DNA of 64,000 nucleotides from Eledone cirrhosa (Eukaryota): NCBI GenBank assembly GCA_964016885.1, contig OZ024740.1, positions 65,658,001 to 65,722,000 of the forward strand, read 5' to 3'. Shown piece by piece: positions 1 to 12,284 of this stretch (position 1 is its first letter; each line of letters starts with the position of its first letter). The notes under the pieces were generated by a model. It saw only the letters and a program-made list of their open reading frames with translations, ran no database searches and was not told where the DNA came from. The position numbers and the translations under genes were made by a program.

Positions 1-758
1 TGCGTGTTTGTGATCAACTTGTATTGAAGTGTTTTGTATATACCTACTCCAAACATCTTTTCTATTTTATTTTTCATCTACTATTGGTGAATGTGTTGTC
101 TTTTTTTGATTTTCTTCACATGCGATAGGCATTGTTACATCGGTAGCTTTTCGTAAATCAGCGTTCTTTTTTCTACATTTGAATTATACGAAGCCATTTT
201 TTACATTGTTTTGTTTCTGTTAACATTTAAGAACTTTATTATCACAAGGATAATGTTTCACTCCCGTTGCTAGGGAATATAGACAGACGTTAATTTGTCG
301 TAAATATTTACCTACAATTTCCTCGATAGCACGCAGAATTTTATTATTTATTCTTGTGTAATATTCTCATTTTATATCTTTTTTCGAATGAAAACATTAA
401 TACATTAATTAATTTCTCTTTGGGTATATTTTAACTATTTATAATTCTCGATTCCTCAGTTAGTTGTAGATTTACATCATTGATGGTATATTTATGTTAA
501 TAGTTATAATGGTTGCGAGGTACAGTAGTCGACGTATAGTTGAGGACATGTGGAATCATTTGTCACCGATATGGCTGTTTCAAGAGTCTCTTTGTGTATT
601 TCATTTGTGTGTTTTTAATGATCGGACTGGCTACAGGAGAAACTAGTAACATGGTGGCCTGTTGTGACAGGTGTTCTTTGCATATCCAATCGAGGAGTCT
701 GCTGACGTAGTGTTGTTATTTGCAGGGCTATCACAGTTTCATTATTGTTTTGAATAAT

Positions 759-949
759 GGGCGGTTGATTGGCAGTACCGGTAGAGGGTCGGAGGCCATG
801 CTTTGCAGCAAAGACTTACGGCCCTTTATGGTCTGAGTTCAAACCCCGCCGAGGTTAACTTTGCCTATCTTCCTGACGGAGTCGATAACATATAGTACCA
901 ATAATAATAGACTAGGATAATTGCTGGCCTTGTGCCAAAAGTAGAAACA
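759..949 (+). mobile_element. tRNA-derived SINE, full length, with target-site duplication
   Basis: A-box-like TGGCAGTACCGGTAGA and B-box-like GAGTTCAAACC, followed by a central core (GCCT.TC.TCC..ACGG.GTCGATAA..TAGTACCA) and the 3' end GGCCTTGTGCCAAAAGTAGAAACAATT. Flanked by an 18-bp near-perfect TSD, ATTATT(G/A)TTTTGAATAAT, at 741-758 and 950-967. About 9 copies occur in the window. Confidence 0.85.
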
Positions 950-1254
950 ATTATTATTTTGAATAATTGTTGGCTATATTTATGTTCTACAAACTTTGGT
1001 TATTGACGTAATTGTGTGGTTGTGAAATAACCTAGCTCTATAAAAAGTCAGTCCCAGGGTAGATTTATTATGTTGATATATACAACCGAAGAAGTTTTTC
1101 ACCATTCACTAAAAGTCTGTGATTGCTTGCTTGATGCTTGCTTTTCTGTAATGTAATACAGCAAAAGGGCGCATAATGGGAAAATACTTTGAAAGGAGGG
1201 TAACACTGAAATGGGAGTACAAATGGATTAAAACAATTTTCGCATATATCGGAG

Positions 1255-1506
1255 CAAGAGAGAGAGAGAGATAGGGGGAGAGAGAGAGAGATAGCGGAGA
1301 CAGAGAGGAAGAATGAAAGAGAGAGAGAGATGGTCGTATTGTTGTATATATATATATATGTATATGGGTGAGTGTGTGTGTATTTATATATATATGTGTG
1401 TGTGTGTGTCTATGGCCAGTGTATATAGATCGAAGACACCCCCCCACACACACACAAGCAAACCCACACATACATATATATATGTATACAAACACACACA
1501 TCTATT

Positions 1507-1543
<37 letters not shown>

Positions 1544-1650
1544 ATATACTTTGTTGAGTGCTTTATATCAGTTATACAAATATTTTGCTTGTTGTATCCC
1601 AACAAATTAAATATAACCTCTACATATATATCTATATATATATATATATT
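1255..1650. repeat. Compound (GA)n/(TA)n/(TG)n/(CA)n microsatellite block
   Basis: Direct reading; explains ORFs at 1109-1669. Confidence 0.9.
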
Positions 1651-1669
1651 TATTAAAATAACAGATTAA

Positions 1670-1720
1670 AGTTTAAGCAAAGAATCGCTGCTTTCACCCT
1701 TAACGGGATCTTCTGAAACT
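1670..1720 (-). ncRNA. Type-I hammerhead ribozyme, variant core CAGAAGA
   Basis: Minus strand reads AGUUU CAGAAGA U-CCC guuaa GGG-U GAAA GCA gcgauucuu UGC UU AAACU; stems I, II and III all pair. Confidence 0.6.
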
Positions 1721-2911
1721 AACAAAGTCAATCTGTGAACGCAGAAGTGAATATTTCAAAAATCGGTGCAACCGGAGGAAGACAGGAAGACGATACTTAG
1801 GTTCGTGGAAACGTTCCCTGGCAAAGAACAGGAAAAAAACGAGTATAATACGTCATTATTTGGAGCGGTGAAAAACAATTACACGCAAAGACAAAACCAC
1901 GCCTCCATATACGTACATACATAAGCATACGCCAAAAACTCGCCATTGGTATACAGATACACGCACATATAAATATGTGTGTGTGTATGTGCGCGTGTAT
2001 ACAAGTAATTAAATAAACGTGTATAAATAAATAAATACGTATATAACAAGCGCACACACATACTTACATGTAAATACACATATGTTCGGAGACGTACGTC
2101 AACTTAAACATGAAGTACACATATACACACACCCTACATACCAAGGAACCCGCATAATCACACAGACGCAAAACTCACGTATACACATAACCAAAAGCAT
2201 ATGTACCAGAATATATAAAATATACGACATAACATATACGATCAAATATACGTACGAGAAAGTATACGTACCTTCAAAAAACATACAGGTACGATATACT
2301 TACCTATACAAATAAGGGAGAGAAAGATCTTAGCTAATAGTGTGGCCACCTCCATATTATATGGTGGGTTATACCATGTAATGCGTCGCGTTCTATTTTT
2401 CCTACGTCTATTCTCATACGCTGTATGTGCTACCTTATCGACAAATCTACTCCGAGCAAGAGCTTCATTGTAATATGTGGAATGGACGGTGAAAATATGC
2501 TGTATTTTATTTACTTTATTCTTAACTCTGAAGCCGAGAATCATTCGGTTTCCTAGTTAGAATTTTAGTCTACGAAATCAATTATACCATTTACGTGGTT
2601 TTGTCTTTGCGTGCAATTGTTCCCCGCGCTCCACATATGACGTGTTATCTTCGTTTTTTCCGTTAATTGCCAGAGAACGTCTGTATGAACCACGTAATAG
2701 AATATTAGTCTACGACTTCTTTTATACATAAACGTGGTTTTGTCTTGGCGTGTAATTGTTTTCCACTGCTCCAAATAATGACGTATTATATTCGTTTTTT
2801 CCCGTTCTTTGCCAGGGAATGCTTCCGCGAACCAAAGTATCGTCTACTTGTCTTCCTCCAGTTGCAACGTTTTTGAAATATTCACTTTTGCGTTCACAGA
2901 TTGACTTTGTT

Positions 2912-2962
2912 AGTTTCAGAAGATCCCGTTAATGGTGAAAGCAGCGATTATTTGCTTAAACT
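2912..2962 (+). ncRNA. Type-I hammerhead ribozyme, variant core CAGAAGA
   Basis: AGTTT CAGAAGA TCCCGTTAATGGT GAAA GCA gcgattatt TGC TT AAACT; one mismatch in stem II. Confidence 0.55.
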
Positions 2963-3069
2963 TTAATCTGTTATTTTAATAAATATTTGCTCTACGGTTC
3001 TTATATATTTGATATATATTTATCCTTATCGAGCCCTCTTTGCATTTTAGTCTTCAAACTTATTATTAT

Positions 3070-3129
<60 letters not shown>

Positions 3130-4044
3130 CTGTGTATATATTAAATATTTAAAAATGATATTTAAGTGAACAGGATTTTTGAAAACTATTTTGAAGCGAA
3201 TATGACCCAACGGGACACGGGTGGTCTATTAGTAATTAAACTACCAGAAAAACCACCCACCGGGTGCTTTCCTGCAAGCTTGTGTAGTGTGCATATGGTA
3301 TTATACGCAAGTATCTATGCATGTAGATATGATACATCAAATAATTGAACAGGAATTGAACGAAGACTACGTTACACTCTCTTATGTAATCAGTAAAGTA
3401 ATCCATGATACATTAAAAAAAAGACGATATTACATATAAACTGCATAAGGGAGAATTAGTGACGGAAATATATGAATGTTTATTTAAGCGATCGCTAACC
3501 AGAAGTGTTGGCATTTGAAAACTTTTAAGTGAATCTTTAAATAAACAACAAAATATATTTAACCAACACATACGAAATTTATAGATAAATTATGTAATAT
3601 CCATTCATTATTTATTCTAAGTAATCCAACTTATTTTACTAATGGGATTAAAAATTTAAACCGTAAGCAGTCCCGCACTCCTTACTTTATTATAGTTTAG
3701 TTGTGTCGTTCTTGTGTTAAAAATTCTACAAAAAATGCGAGTGATAGTTTCAGTTCCTTCTTTAACTACAACTAAACCTATTTATCTTTGATTTAGTGTT
3801 GTTGATGTCACGTGTCCAGCCAGGTTGACTCTAGCAAATACTAGTAAGATGAATTGAAAATTTACAGTGATATCTCTACAATTTCGAATACAATTTGTTT
3901 CAATGTGTCAGCAAAAATATTCAGTTATTTATCAATGTTGGTAGTTGTGACATCATTGTTAAAGATAATATTCATCTTAATTTTAAAGAATTATCTTCAA
4001 CTCCATATGTGCAAATGATCGTGCCGACATTTATGTATGTATGT

Positions 4045-7000
4045 TCTTCTGGTCTTATAATTTCACAAAATGTTTACCAATAGAGAGAGAGTCGGTTTCT
4101 AACATAGACACAAGACTCTCTCATTGGAATTTACACAGCATCAACAAGGTAGATTATGTATGCATGCCTGCATGCATGTGTAGATATGGATGTTATTGTA
4201 TGTGTGGATGTGGATGTTTTGAGTTGTATGCGTGCTTGTGTATATGCTTTGTATCTGTACATGTGTATATGCAGTTATTAGATGCAACATTTTTGGAATG
4301 TTTTACGTGTTTTTACTGTTCCATTAATGGATTGTACTAGTAATTTCCTAACTACTTGTGTTCTTTCTGTTCCTGTGAAGCCTAGATTCTCAAGTTTTGT
4401 ATTGAGGCAGTTACTAACATATCCCAGTGTCCCAATAATCACAGGCATAAATCTGAAGGTGTAATCAGGGTGGAGTATCTGCAGATTTCTCATTAGATCC
4501 GCATAAATATTCTCCTTTTCGTTAATCTTCTGGGCAGCTAACTTCCACTATTGTGCATGTTTTCTTTTCCCTGTCCCACGTCCCAATATCTGGTCTGTTA
4601 TGCCTGCATTTTATTGGGGTTTTTACTGGAACATTCCACCAGTTATCTTTCATATTATGTACATGGATGTCTTCCACATTGCTGTAGATTTTTATGTGTT
4701 TATTATCGTGTTTATTATTTAATGTGTTTATTATATTTTCTACGGATTGCATTGTACAGTGTGTTGGCCCCTACATTATGCCTCATAGGTAGATAGTACC
4801 GCGATGACAACTTTGGGAAGCTGCTGATGACATGGGTCACATCTTCGATGTTAATTCTGCAGAGTCTGCACTTGTAATCACATCTAGGAGGTTTTCCTGC
4901 ATCCCTATCTCTTTTGTGAATCAGGTATTTCGTGTTAATTTCCTGTCCTTGGATTGCAAAAGCGTATCCTTCAACTTGGGAGCCAATATAGTGGTTGTTG
5001 GTCCAGACTACTTTCCTTTTCCATATTACTCTCACTCTGGAGTTTCCTGGCAAACATATCCTTGCATGATATTTTGCTGATAAGCATGTAGTTTTTGCGA
5101 TACTGCTGAGCGACTTCCCTGGGTGTGAGTTTTCGATTATCTCACGGGGAATATCTCTCGAGGAGTTCCTTCCCAACTCTTATCTGTTTCATGCAGACAG
5201 ACTTGCTCGAGGGACGGGCTCCTACGCTTCGATGTTCGTAGATGTTGTCAGAGGGATATGATGCGACATTCAAATGATGTCTGGACTGATGTTAGGCCTC
5301 TACCTCCCTGCTTATGTTTCAAGTAAAGGTGGTCTATGTTAATGTTGATGTGTAAGTTTCCGCTGTTGTTTAGTATTTTTCAAATTCCAACATCAACTGC
5401 TCGGATTTCATCTATCGTCCAATTGAGTATTCCAAACGTTGGTGTTAGGAGAAGCACAGCAAACACATTGTGGGCCACTCTTGTTTTGCGCAGAGAGTTC
5501 CCTTGACCAAATCTTTCTTAATCGGGTGTAGTATTCCCTGGTTACGCTTTCCTTATTACAGACACCATTATAGGATATGTTCTCATCTATCCCCTGGTAT
5601 CTGTAGCAGTCCTCATCAGATATCGGTTAAACAGTTAGGCCAATGATGACAAAGTTGCTAGATTGGGTTGTTGTCTTTCCCCGCTTTACAGTCATATATG
5701 AGCATTTATCTTGGCCAAAATCCATTCCTATATCCTTTGAGAACATTGTAACCAAGTCAAGATTTTTCTTCATCCCATCCATGTTCTTGGCATATAGTTT
5801 CAGCTCATCCACAAATAATTTATGGGTTAGGTTCGTATTTCTGTCCTCCTGTGAGCCAATGATGAATCCTTCACATTTCTTGAGCAGAAAGGAAAATGGG
5901 TTTAATGACAGAATGAATAATATCACAGAGAGACTGTCTCCCTGAAATATACCCCTGCGATATTTTATTTTATCAGTGAAAATAGAGTCCTCCCTTTCTG
6001 TTTTTAACCTTAGGATAGTAGCCCAAGAAGAAAACAACTTCTGTATGGCTCTGATAATAATGTCTGGGACTTTAGCAGGTTGGTGGGTCTCTATCATCCG
6101 AGAGTGGGGAACAGAATCGAAAGCTTTCCTGTAGTCCAGCCAGACTGTAGCCATATTCCTCCTAAGTTGTCGCACCTCTTACATCGCAGTTTTGTTGATT
6201 AGGAGTTGTTCAGCACATACCCAAACCCCTTTCTTTCCAGCTGCTTGTTTATCTGTGATGATGTTATTATTTCGCAGTGATCCTGGAGGAATAGGTTCAG
6301 GCAGGCTGTATACATCTTATACAACAGGTTCTGGCATGCAATCGATCGGTAGTTTTTTGCCAAGTGGGTGCCTTTGTTCTTCGGGACCAGTAATGTTTGT
6401 TCTAATGACAACCATTCTGGTATAAGTGTATCTCCCTTAAGAACTTGTTGGTAGAGGTCAGTAAGATACCTCCGATAGAATATCAGTTGTTTGTACCACT
6501 AGCCGACAATCATGTCTCTTCCTCACTTATTTCGTATGTTTTTGTTGTAGTGTAGGAGCAATAGTTCTTTCGGATTTCTTTTAGCCACACTGGATCTTGT
6601 TTGAAATTCTTCTTTTCACCCCATAATTTTCTCCAAAATGAATCTATGTCTTCTGGACACTTATTATTTTCCCCTGCATATCTATATCTCTATAGACTGA
6701 TGTTTGGTTTCGTCTGAATCTTTTATTACGCACTTTTCTTTCATCAACCTTCTTCAGGCATCGGCGTTTTTCGCTAACAGCTCTCAATTCTTGTTTGAGG
6801 GTCATCAGCTTATATTGAAGAGTTCTGGTTTACTGTTACCAAACATCGTCTCTATTTTATTTTTCACTCTTTGTTGGTGAGGAGTGAGTTATTTTGTGTT
6901 TGTTTGCATGTAAGGGCATTGTCACATATCCTATGGTTTTTCGTAGGTCAGCAATCTTTTTTTCTATTTTAGTTATAAATGATGGTATCTTTGTTGGTGT

Positions 7001-8065
7001 TTCGTTCTGCTATGACCAAGATAATGCTTCACTGTCGTTGCTAAGGCATATAAACAGGCGTTGATTTGCCAAAAGTTTGGGGTTTTTATCCGTCGTAAAT
7101 ATTCATTCCCTATTTCGTCAATAACACGTAATATTTCATTATTTGTTTTTTTTTATTAAATTTGTTGTTTTAATACGTTCAGCAAGAGAGATATTTATAC
7201 ATGAATTAATTTCTCTCTGGAAGATTTCGTTGAGGGAAATTTTCAATTGTTTATACTTTTGATTATTATCATTATCGATAATATTTTCCACAATAGTCGA
7301 GGTAGACTCGGATGGTACAAGTGGTGTCAACTCTCTTCGATTATTATTATTATCGATAGTGTTTTCCCCAGCACTCAAGGTAGACTTAGATGGTACACGT
7401 GGTTTCAAGGTTCTTACATGCATAGTTGTTTCAAGGCGGTGTTCGACCTGGCTGCTAGGAATTCTAGTAGAATGGCGACCTGTAGCACGTGTTGTCGATT
7501 CCATGTTTGTTTTGGAGGACTTACAATTAATAATATTTATCTTATTTTTACGTTAAAAAAACGTCGCTTGTTGGCGTAATTGTTTCGCTGTGAAGTGATT
7601 TAGCTCTGGGTGTATTTCGTCCCAGTGTAGCTTCATTCTGTTCATATAGCCAATGGAGGGATTGTTTTTTGCCATTTTATAACAATTAAATAAATCATCA
7701 TTAAGTTCGCAACTACAAGAGAAATGCGATTTATAATTTCGGTTTCTTCTGTAGATACAGATGAATAAATTTTGTTTACCTTTCTCGTTGTTTTTCTTCG
7801 GTACTTCTTTAAGGTTGTTGTTGTTATTGTTGACGTTGTGTTCAGCCATGCTGTTTGTATCAAATCCTTGTAAAATGAATTATGTATTTAGTCGGATATC
7901 TCTACGAATTCGAATAAAAGGTGTCTTCAGTAGATATAGTTAGAAGAATACTCTGTTATTCAACTTGACTGGTAGTTGTGGGTTTACTGTTGGAGATAGT
8001 ATTCATCTTAAATTTAATGAATAGTCTCCCACACCAAAATATGCGACTCATCGGGTTGACTGACT
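4045..8065 (-). mobile_element. R4/Dong-like (RLE-type) non-LTR retrotransposon, near full length, frameshifted
   Basis: RT motifs WLDYRKAFDSVPH, GIFQGDSLS, LFVDELKLYA (5627-6175); zinc motif CRLCRINIEDVTHVISS..RHN (4715-5176); RLE motif RPDIGTWDREKKTCTIVEVSCP and PVIIGTLG (4278-4752); N-terminal ORF at 7553-7849. The 3' end terminates in a (CATA)n tail. The 5' boundary is approximate. Confidence 0.9.
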
Positions 8066-8170
8066 ATGTATGTATGTATGTATGTATGTATGTATGTATG
8101 TATGTATGTATGTATGTATGTATGTATGTATGTATGTATGTATGCATGTATGTATGTATGTATGTATGTA
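8065..8170. repeat. (TATG)n microsatellite; further arrays at 8737-8815 and 8865-8945
   Basis: Direct reading. Confidence 0.95.
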
Positions 8171-8737
8171 TCCCAGTACAACCTGTCTCATGGTCGGGTC
8201 GTTGGCGACTAAACTGGCACCCCACCAAGGTTTCTTGGTGAGGAGGGTGACTTTGGACATCCTGCAGGACTAAAAACAAAACCTGTCAAAGAAGCTCTTA
8301 AGAGTCAATGGCTATCCAAAATCACCGGGAGAGATGACCCCTTAGCCTATGTCAAGGCAGAATTCTAGGAGAAGGAAAACTCTGATATAACACCTGCAAC
8401 TCTGATGGTATCCAATGATGTTGACTTGTTCTTCTTTTTGGTAAATATCATCTTGGTTAAGAGAGTGGGACTGGCTTTGAGCAGTGCCTTTGCTCACTAT
8501 AAAAGCTTCACGGCACAGGCATTGCTTTATATCTGGAGATCTCTCTGCACTTATCGTCACATGGTACCATGGGCCCAGCACTATGTGTCAATAATTGTCA
8601 CAAGTGTAGTGTTTGTACCAGAGTTTTCAAGTCGCTGGCTGGACTAAAAAGTCACACTCGTTCAGCGCATCGGTAGGAGTTCTCCTACATGGATATAAAG
8701 TAGTGGCCATACTCGAAAACGAGTTGGCAGCCACCAT
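8171..8737 (+). mobile_element. Short non-autonomous RTE-derived element (5' and 3' parts) with (TATG)n tail
   Basis: GC-richer RTE-like 5' UTR; an endonuclease-like remnant (FFF..KRVGLAL); and at 8605-8676 CSVCTRVFKSLAGLKSHTRSAHR*, the C2H2 finger typical of the RTE C-terminus. It is followed by a short 3' UTR and (TATG)n. Confidence 0.6.
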
Positions 8738-11029
8738 GTATGTATGTATGTATGTATGTATGTATGTATGTATGTATGAATGTATGAATGTATGAATGTA
8801 TGTATGTATGTATGAATAGTCTCCCACACCAATATATGCGACTGACTGATCGCGTTGACTGATTATGTATGTATGTATGTATTTGTGTACGTATGTATGT
8901 ATGTATGTATGGATGGATGGATGGATGGATAGGTTGATGGATGTATGCATTCATGCATGCATATATGTAAGTTTGTAGGTATGTCTGTATGTTTGTATAC
9001 ACGAGTAACGGCAGACAGCCGATAAAGCCCTTCTAATAAATTCCTCAAAAATTGATTCGAATATAATTAGCTTAACGTACTAAACTACTTCCATACAGTG
9101 TTCTCTGAAACGTTTTGTATTGTCAGTATTAGAGTAAATATAGTTACTATTGCTATTAATTGTTATTCAGTTATGTTTACAAAAACACGGGCCCACTTCT
9201 AGTGTTAAACGTGTTAGTTAATGGGAGCACTATAGTTTTTATGTTTACTCTAATATCAACTGGATAATGAAACAGGACTTACCCATTACATGAAATCGTT
9301 ACGGTTCGGATCAAATGTCTCTTGTATCTTCCCATTCTTCTGCAACAAACTGCGATATATTTAATGATTTCATTAGTCAGCTATTCAGATGGGTAAGTTA
9401 TATTGTAGCAAATTGTAGCAATTGTAGCACATTTTTAAATATTTAACAATTTTAGGAAATGAACTATGTTACAGAGACCAACTTTATTTACCCCAATGTG
9501 CATGCACCTTAACAAATGAACCAGATGTTTTTGTAATCAGGTAGCACGCATTCAGGAATTATCCGTGTCGTCCCATGTCTGATTCTCTGCAAGGAAAACG
9601 TTATATGCAAAGATGGCTTATTCAGAAAGATTGACAATTTTCGGAAGATCCCTAAAGCTGTTCAACAACAATCCACAGGACATTAGGGATTCGGATTCTC
9701 TGTTACTTTATTTTATATAAGGCTGAATATTAATGTAAATATTATATGAATTCAAGTGTGTGAGACATATGTCTCTGCCAAGATTATTATTATCGAAATG
9801 AAATGGAATAACTTTAATCCGGAATTTAAATTGATTCAATGATATTACATCAACTATAATCAATAATATTAGTAACAACATTTCTAAGGATGAAATCATA
9901 TATCCGTTTGAATATTTAGAAATAATATCATCTAATGAAAAGTATTATTATCAATCTAAAATTGTCACGTTTCGATTCAAAAGCATTACAAGACCAACAT
10001 TTCATTCATAGACAAAGATTGACCACACATCTGACAATATGTCTGAAACACAAAGCTGTATATAACGAACGAAACGAGGAAGATGAATCTGACGTTTCTC
10101 AGCAACAAATCTTTCATCGATTTTTGTTAGACATGACATAACCCTATGGTATTTGTTATAATTAATCGGCACTTTATCGCCAAGTGAGCAAAAGGAACTG
10201 GAAAATAAAATTAAAATGACTACAAATAATGGTATACAATCTATCATTTAAACAGAGAGTAGGAAGAATGTAGGGCACGTGATAGAAATAAATATACTAG
10301 ATATTATTGAGCCATATTAATGGAATGGGTCAAGTGTTCTCACGAAGATTCAAAGATGTACTAAATCTCAAGTGTAACGCTATACTAATGCTGTTGAATT
10401 GTTTCGTTTTGGTCCTTCGTGCCTCAGTTAATCATATACAGATATTAATATAACTACACTACACATATTAGTATAAATACACTATTAAAAACATCAATAC
10501 ACTATGCACATTGGTCATGTGCCTGAATATGAAGCACAGGTTGGCGACATTACTGAGACAGTGGAAGCCTGAAGGTAAATGGTAATGATAGCTTAGTTTG
10601 ATATGTTACGCTCTGAATTCAATCGTGATGTAGGAAATGTTCCTTTCTCAAGCTAGAAGTATTACTGTAATATTAATGTTACTAGATTTTGATAAATGAA
10701 ATACACGTTCAGAACATAACCTTATATTTCTAGACATGACAATTAATGGTTATGTTTTATTTAAAACAGATTAATGTCATATGTAAAACAGTTCGAACTA
10801 TAGCACCATTACCATGTTAACATTATATTGCAATGTAGTATATTGAATTCACTCAATGTTTGTTGAAATTTACATCTCTGCTATAGAAATGTATGTAGCT
10901 TTAAAACTGCTGCTATGAAATATTAGTTATTTATTCTATGTTTAACTATATATATATCATTAAACATAAAATAAATAACAAATATTTCATAGCAGCAGTT
11001 TTAAAGCTACACACATTTCTATAGCAGAG

Positions 11030-11900
11030 ACAAACATTTTATTATATTTATGTTGATGGAGGAAATGTTTATCTACTAATTCAAGGATCTTTCTACCTAC
11101 ATTAGTTTTAACTGCTAAAGTCAAGGGTGGTGTGAACCAGATTATATATATATATATATATCTATATATATATATATACATTTTAAATATATTTTTAACC
11201 CCACTAATCCTTCTAAACATAATAATAGGAACATGAAAACATCTGGTTCACACCACCCTTTTCTTTAGCAGTTAAAACTGATGTAGGTAGATTTTCCTTT
11301 GAATTAATAGATAAACATTTCCACCATCACCACAGGTATAATCCATTTTTTTATAGAAACTGTGTCAAGATTAGTTATTCTTGCAGTCCTTCTATTAAAT
11401 CGAACATTACCACCGGAAAAACAGACAGAGGAATCCCAGGATGTTCATGCAGAAATGCAAGTGCATGACCTTTGCAAGGTAAATGCAACATTTAATCTGT
11501 TGTATATGAGGCAATTATAAGACAAATTAACACCAACCAACATTCTACCGGAGAAAGGAATGTGAGCATAACCCAGGATACCTTTTAAAAAAAGATATGT
11601 ACACGTCGCTTCCTTTCGACACGAGGATAAAAAGAAAACTACGGCACTGGCAAATAGAATGTGGGAGATGAAAGTGCGTGGGATTCCATATGAAATTGAT
11701 TGGTCTATTTTAGACCAATCAAAGGAATATGTAAAAGGCACAAGAAGATGTACAATGTGTGTAACAGAAAAAATACAGGATTCTACAAAATTTGAAATAG
11801 CCCAACACCTGACAGGATTCTAATTATGACTTTTTTTTTAATTTGCCCAAATCTCCATTCCCAGTATCATAACACCATTTTGGACACTTATCCACCTTGA
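11030..11900. mobile_element. Penelope-like relic, inverted junction (11030-11145 minus, 11180-11900 plus)
   Basis: IIWFTPPLTLAVKTNVGRKILELVDKHF on minus; the same linker plus a GIY-YIG remnant (PLQGKC..FKKRY..HVASF..DWSILDQSKEY) on plus. Related to 45540-46715. Confidence 0.8.
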
Positions 11901-12284
11901 ACACTCTCTTATTTTAACCACCCTGGAATGTTATCACACATTCAACACTAATTTTATATTAAACCTATATTATTCACTTATTGACTTCTTCATATCATTC
12001 TCTGAGTATTTTTATGCATCGAATACTTCTTTCTATACATAATTTCACGCTTTTACCATGAAAACTGTCTCTTATTTTAACCACCCTGAACATTTATCAC
12101 ATCCAAGACACACTTTCGACACTTATTTTATTACAACAACATGTTTACCATATTGGGTCGTGAGTTATGAAATTTGGGGAAATATATTATTTTTTTCAAG
12201 AAATCTCTAGAAGTTTCATACTTGACGACCCAATATATATATATATGTGAATGAAAAATGGCGTGCTCCGTTGTCGCGACACTT

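Larger units (their letters stand above)
1650..3065. mobile_element. Non-autonomous Penelope-like relic with ~250-bp inverted terminal arms
   Basis: 1650-1900 is the reverse complement of 2733-2985. The internal minus-strand fragment 2242-2544 (YYNEALARS..RRITWYNPPYNMEVAT..KIFLSLI) is the PLE RT-to-GIY-YIG linker. The same family recurs at 62030-62505. Confidence 0.8.

Noticed and set aside
490-740. ~78-codon minus-strand frame with one stop (ETVIALQITTLRQQTPRLDMQ..)
   Set aside because: No recognisable domain or splice support; it overlaps an alternative plus-strand candidate.
759-860. tRNA gene
   Set aside because: Only A/B-box-like SINE head; no complete cloverleaf.
1109-2315. ORFs rich in YI/CV/HT repeats; also at 7978-9048, 13131-13474, 16216-16701, 18052-18393, 39500-40137, 44157-45326 and 57333-57649
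   Set aside because: These are translations of (TA)n, (TG)n, (TATG)n and (TAA)n microsatellites, not genes.
8171-8220. Possible HDV-like ribozyme at the RTE 5' end (CCAGT..TCG/CGA CTAA ACTGG)
   Set aside because: P2, P4 and J4/2-like parts are visible, but P1, P3 and L3 could not be fitted.
9275-9400. Splice-donor consensus (GGTAAGT) on both strands
   Set aside because: No convincing exon frame; such motifs arise by chance.
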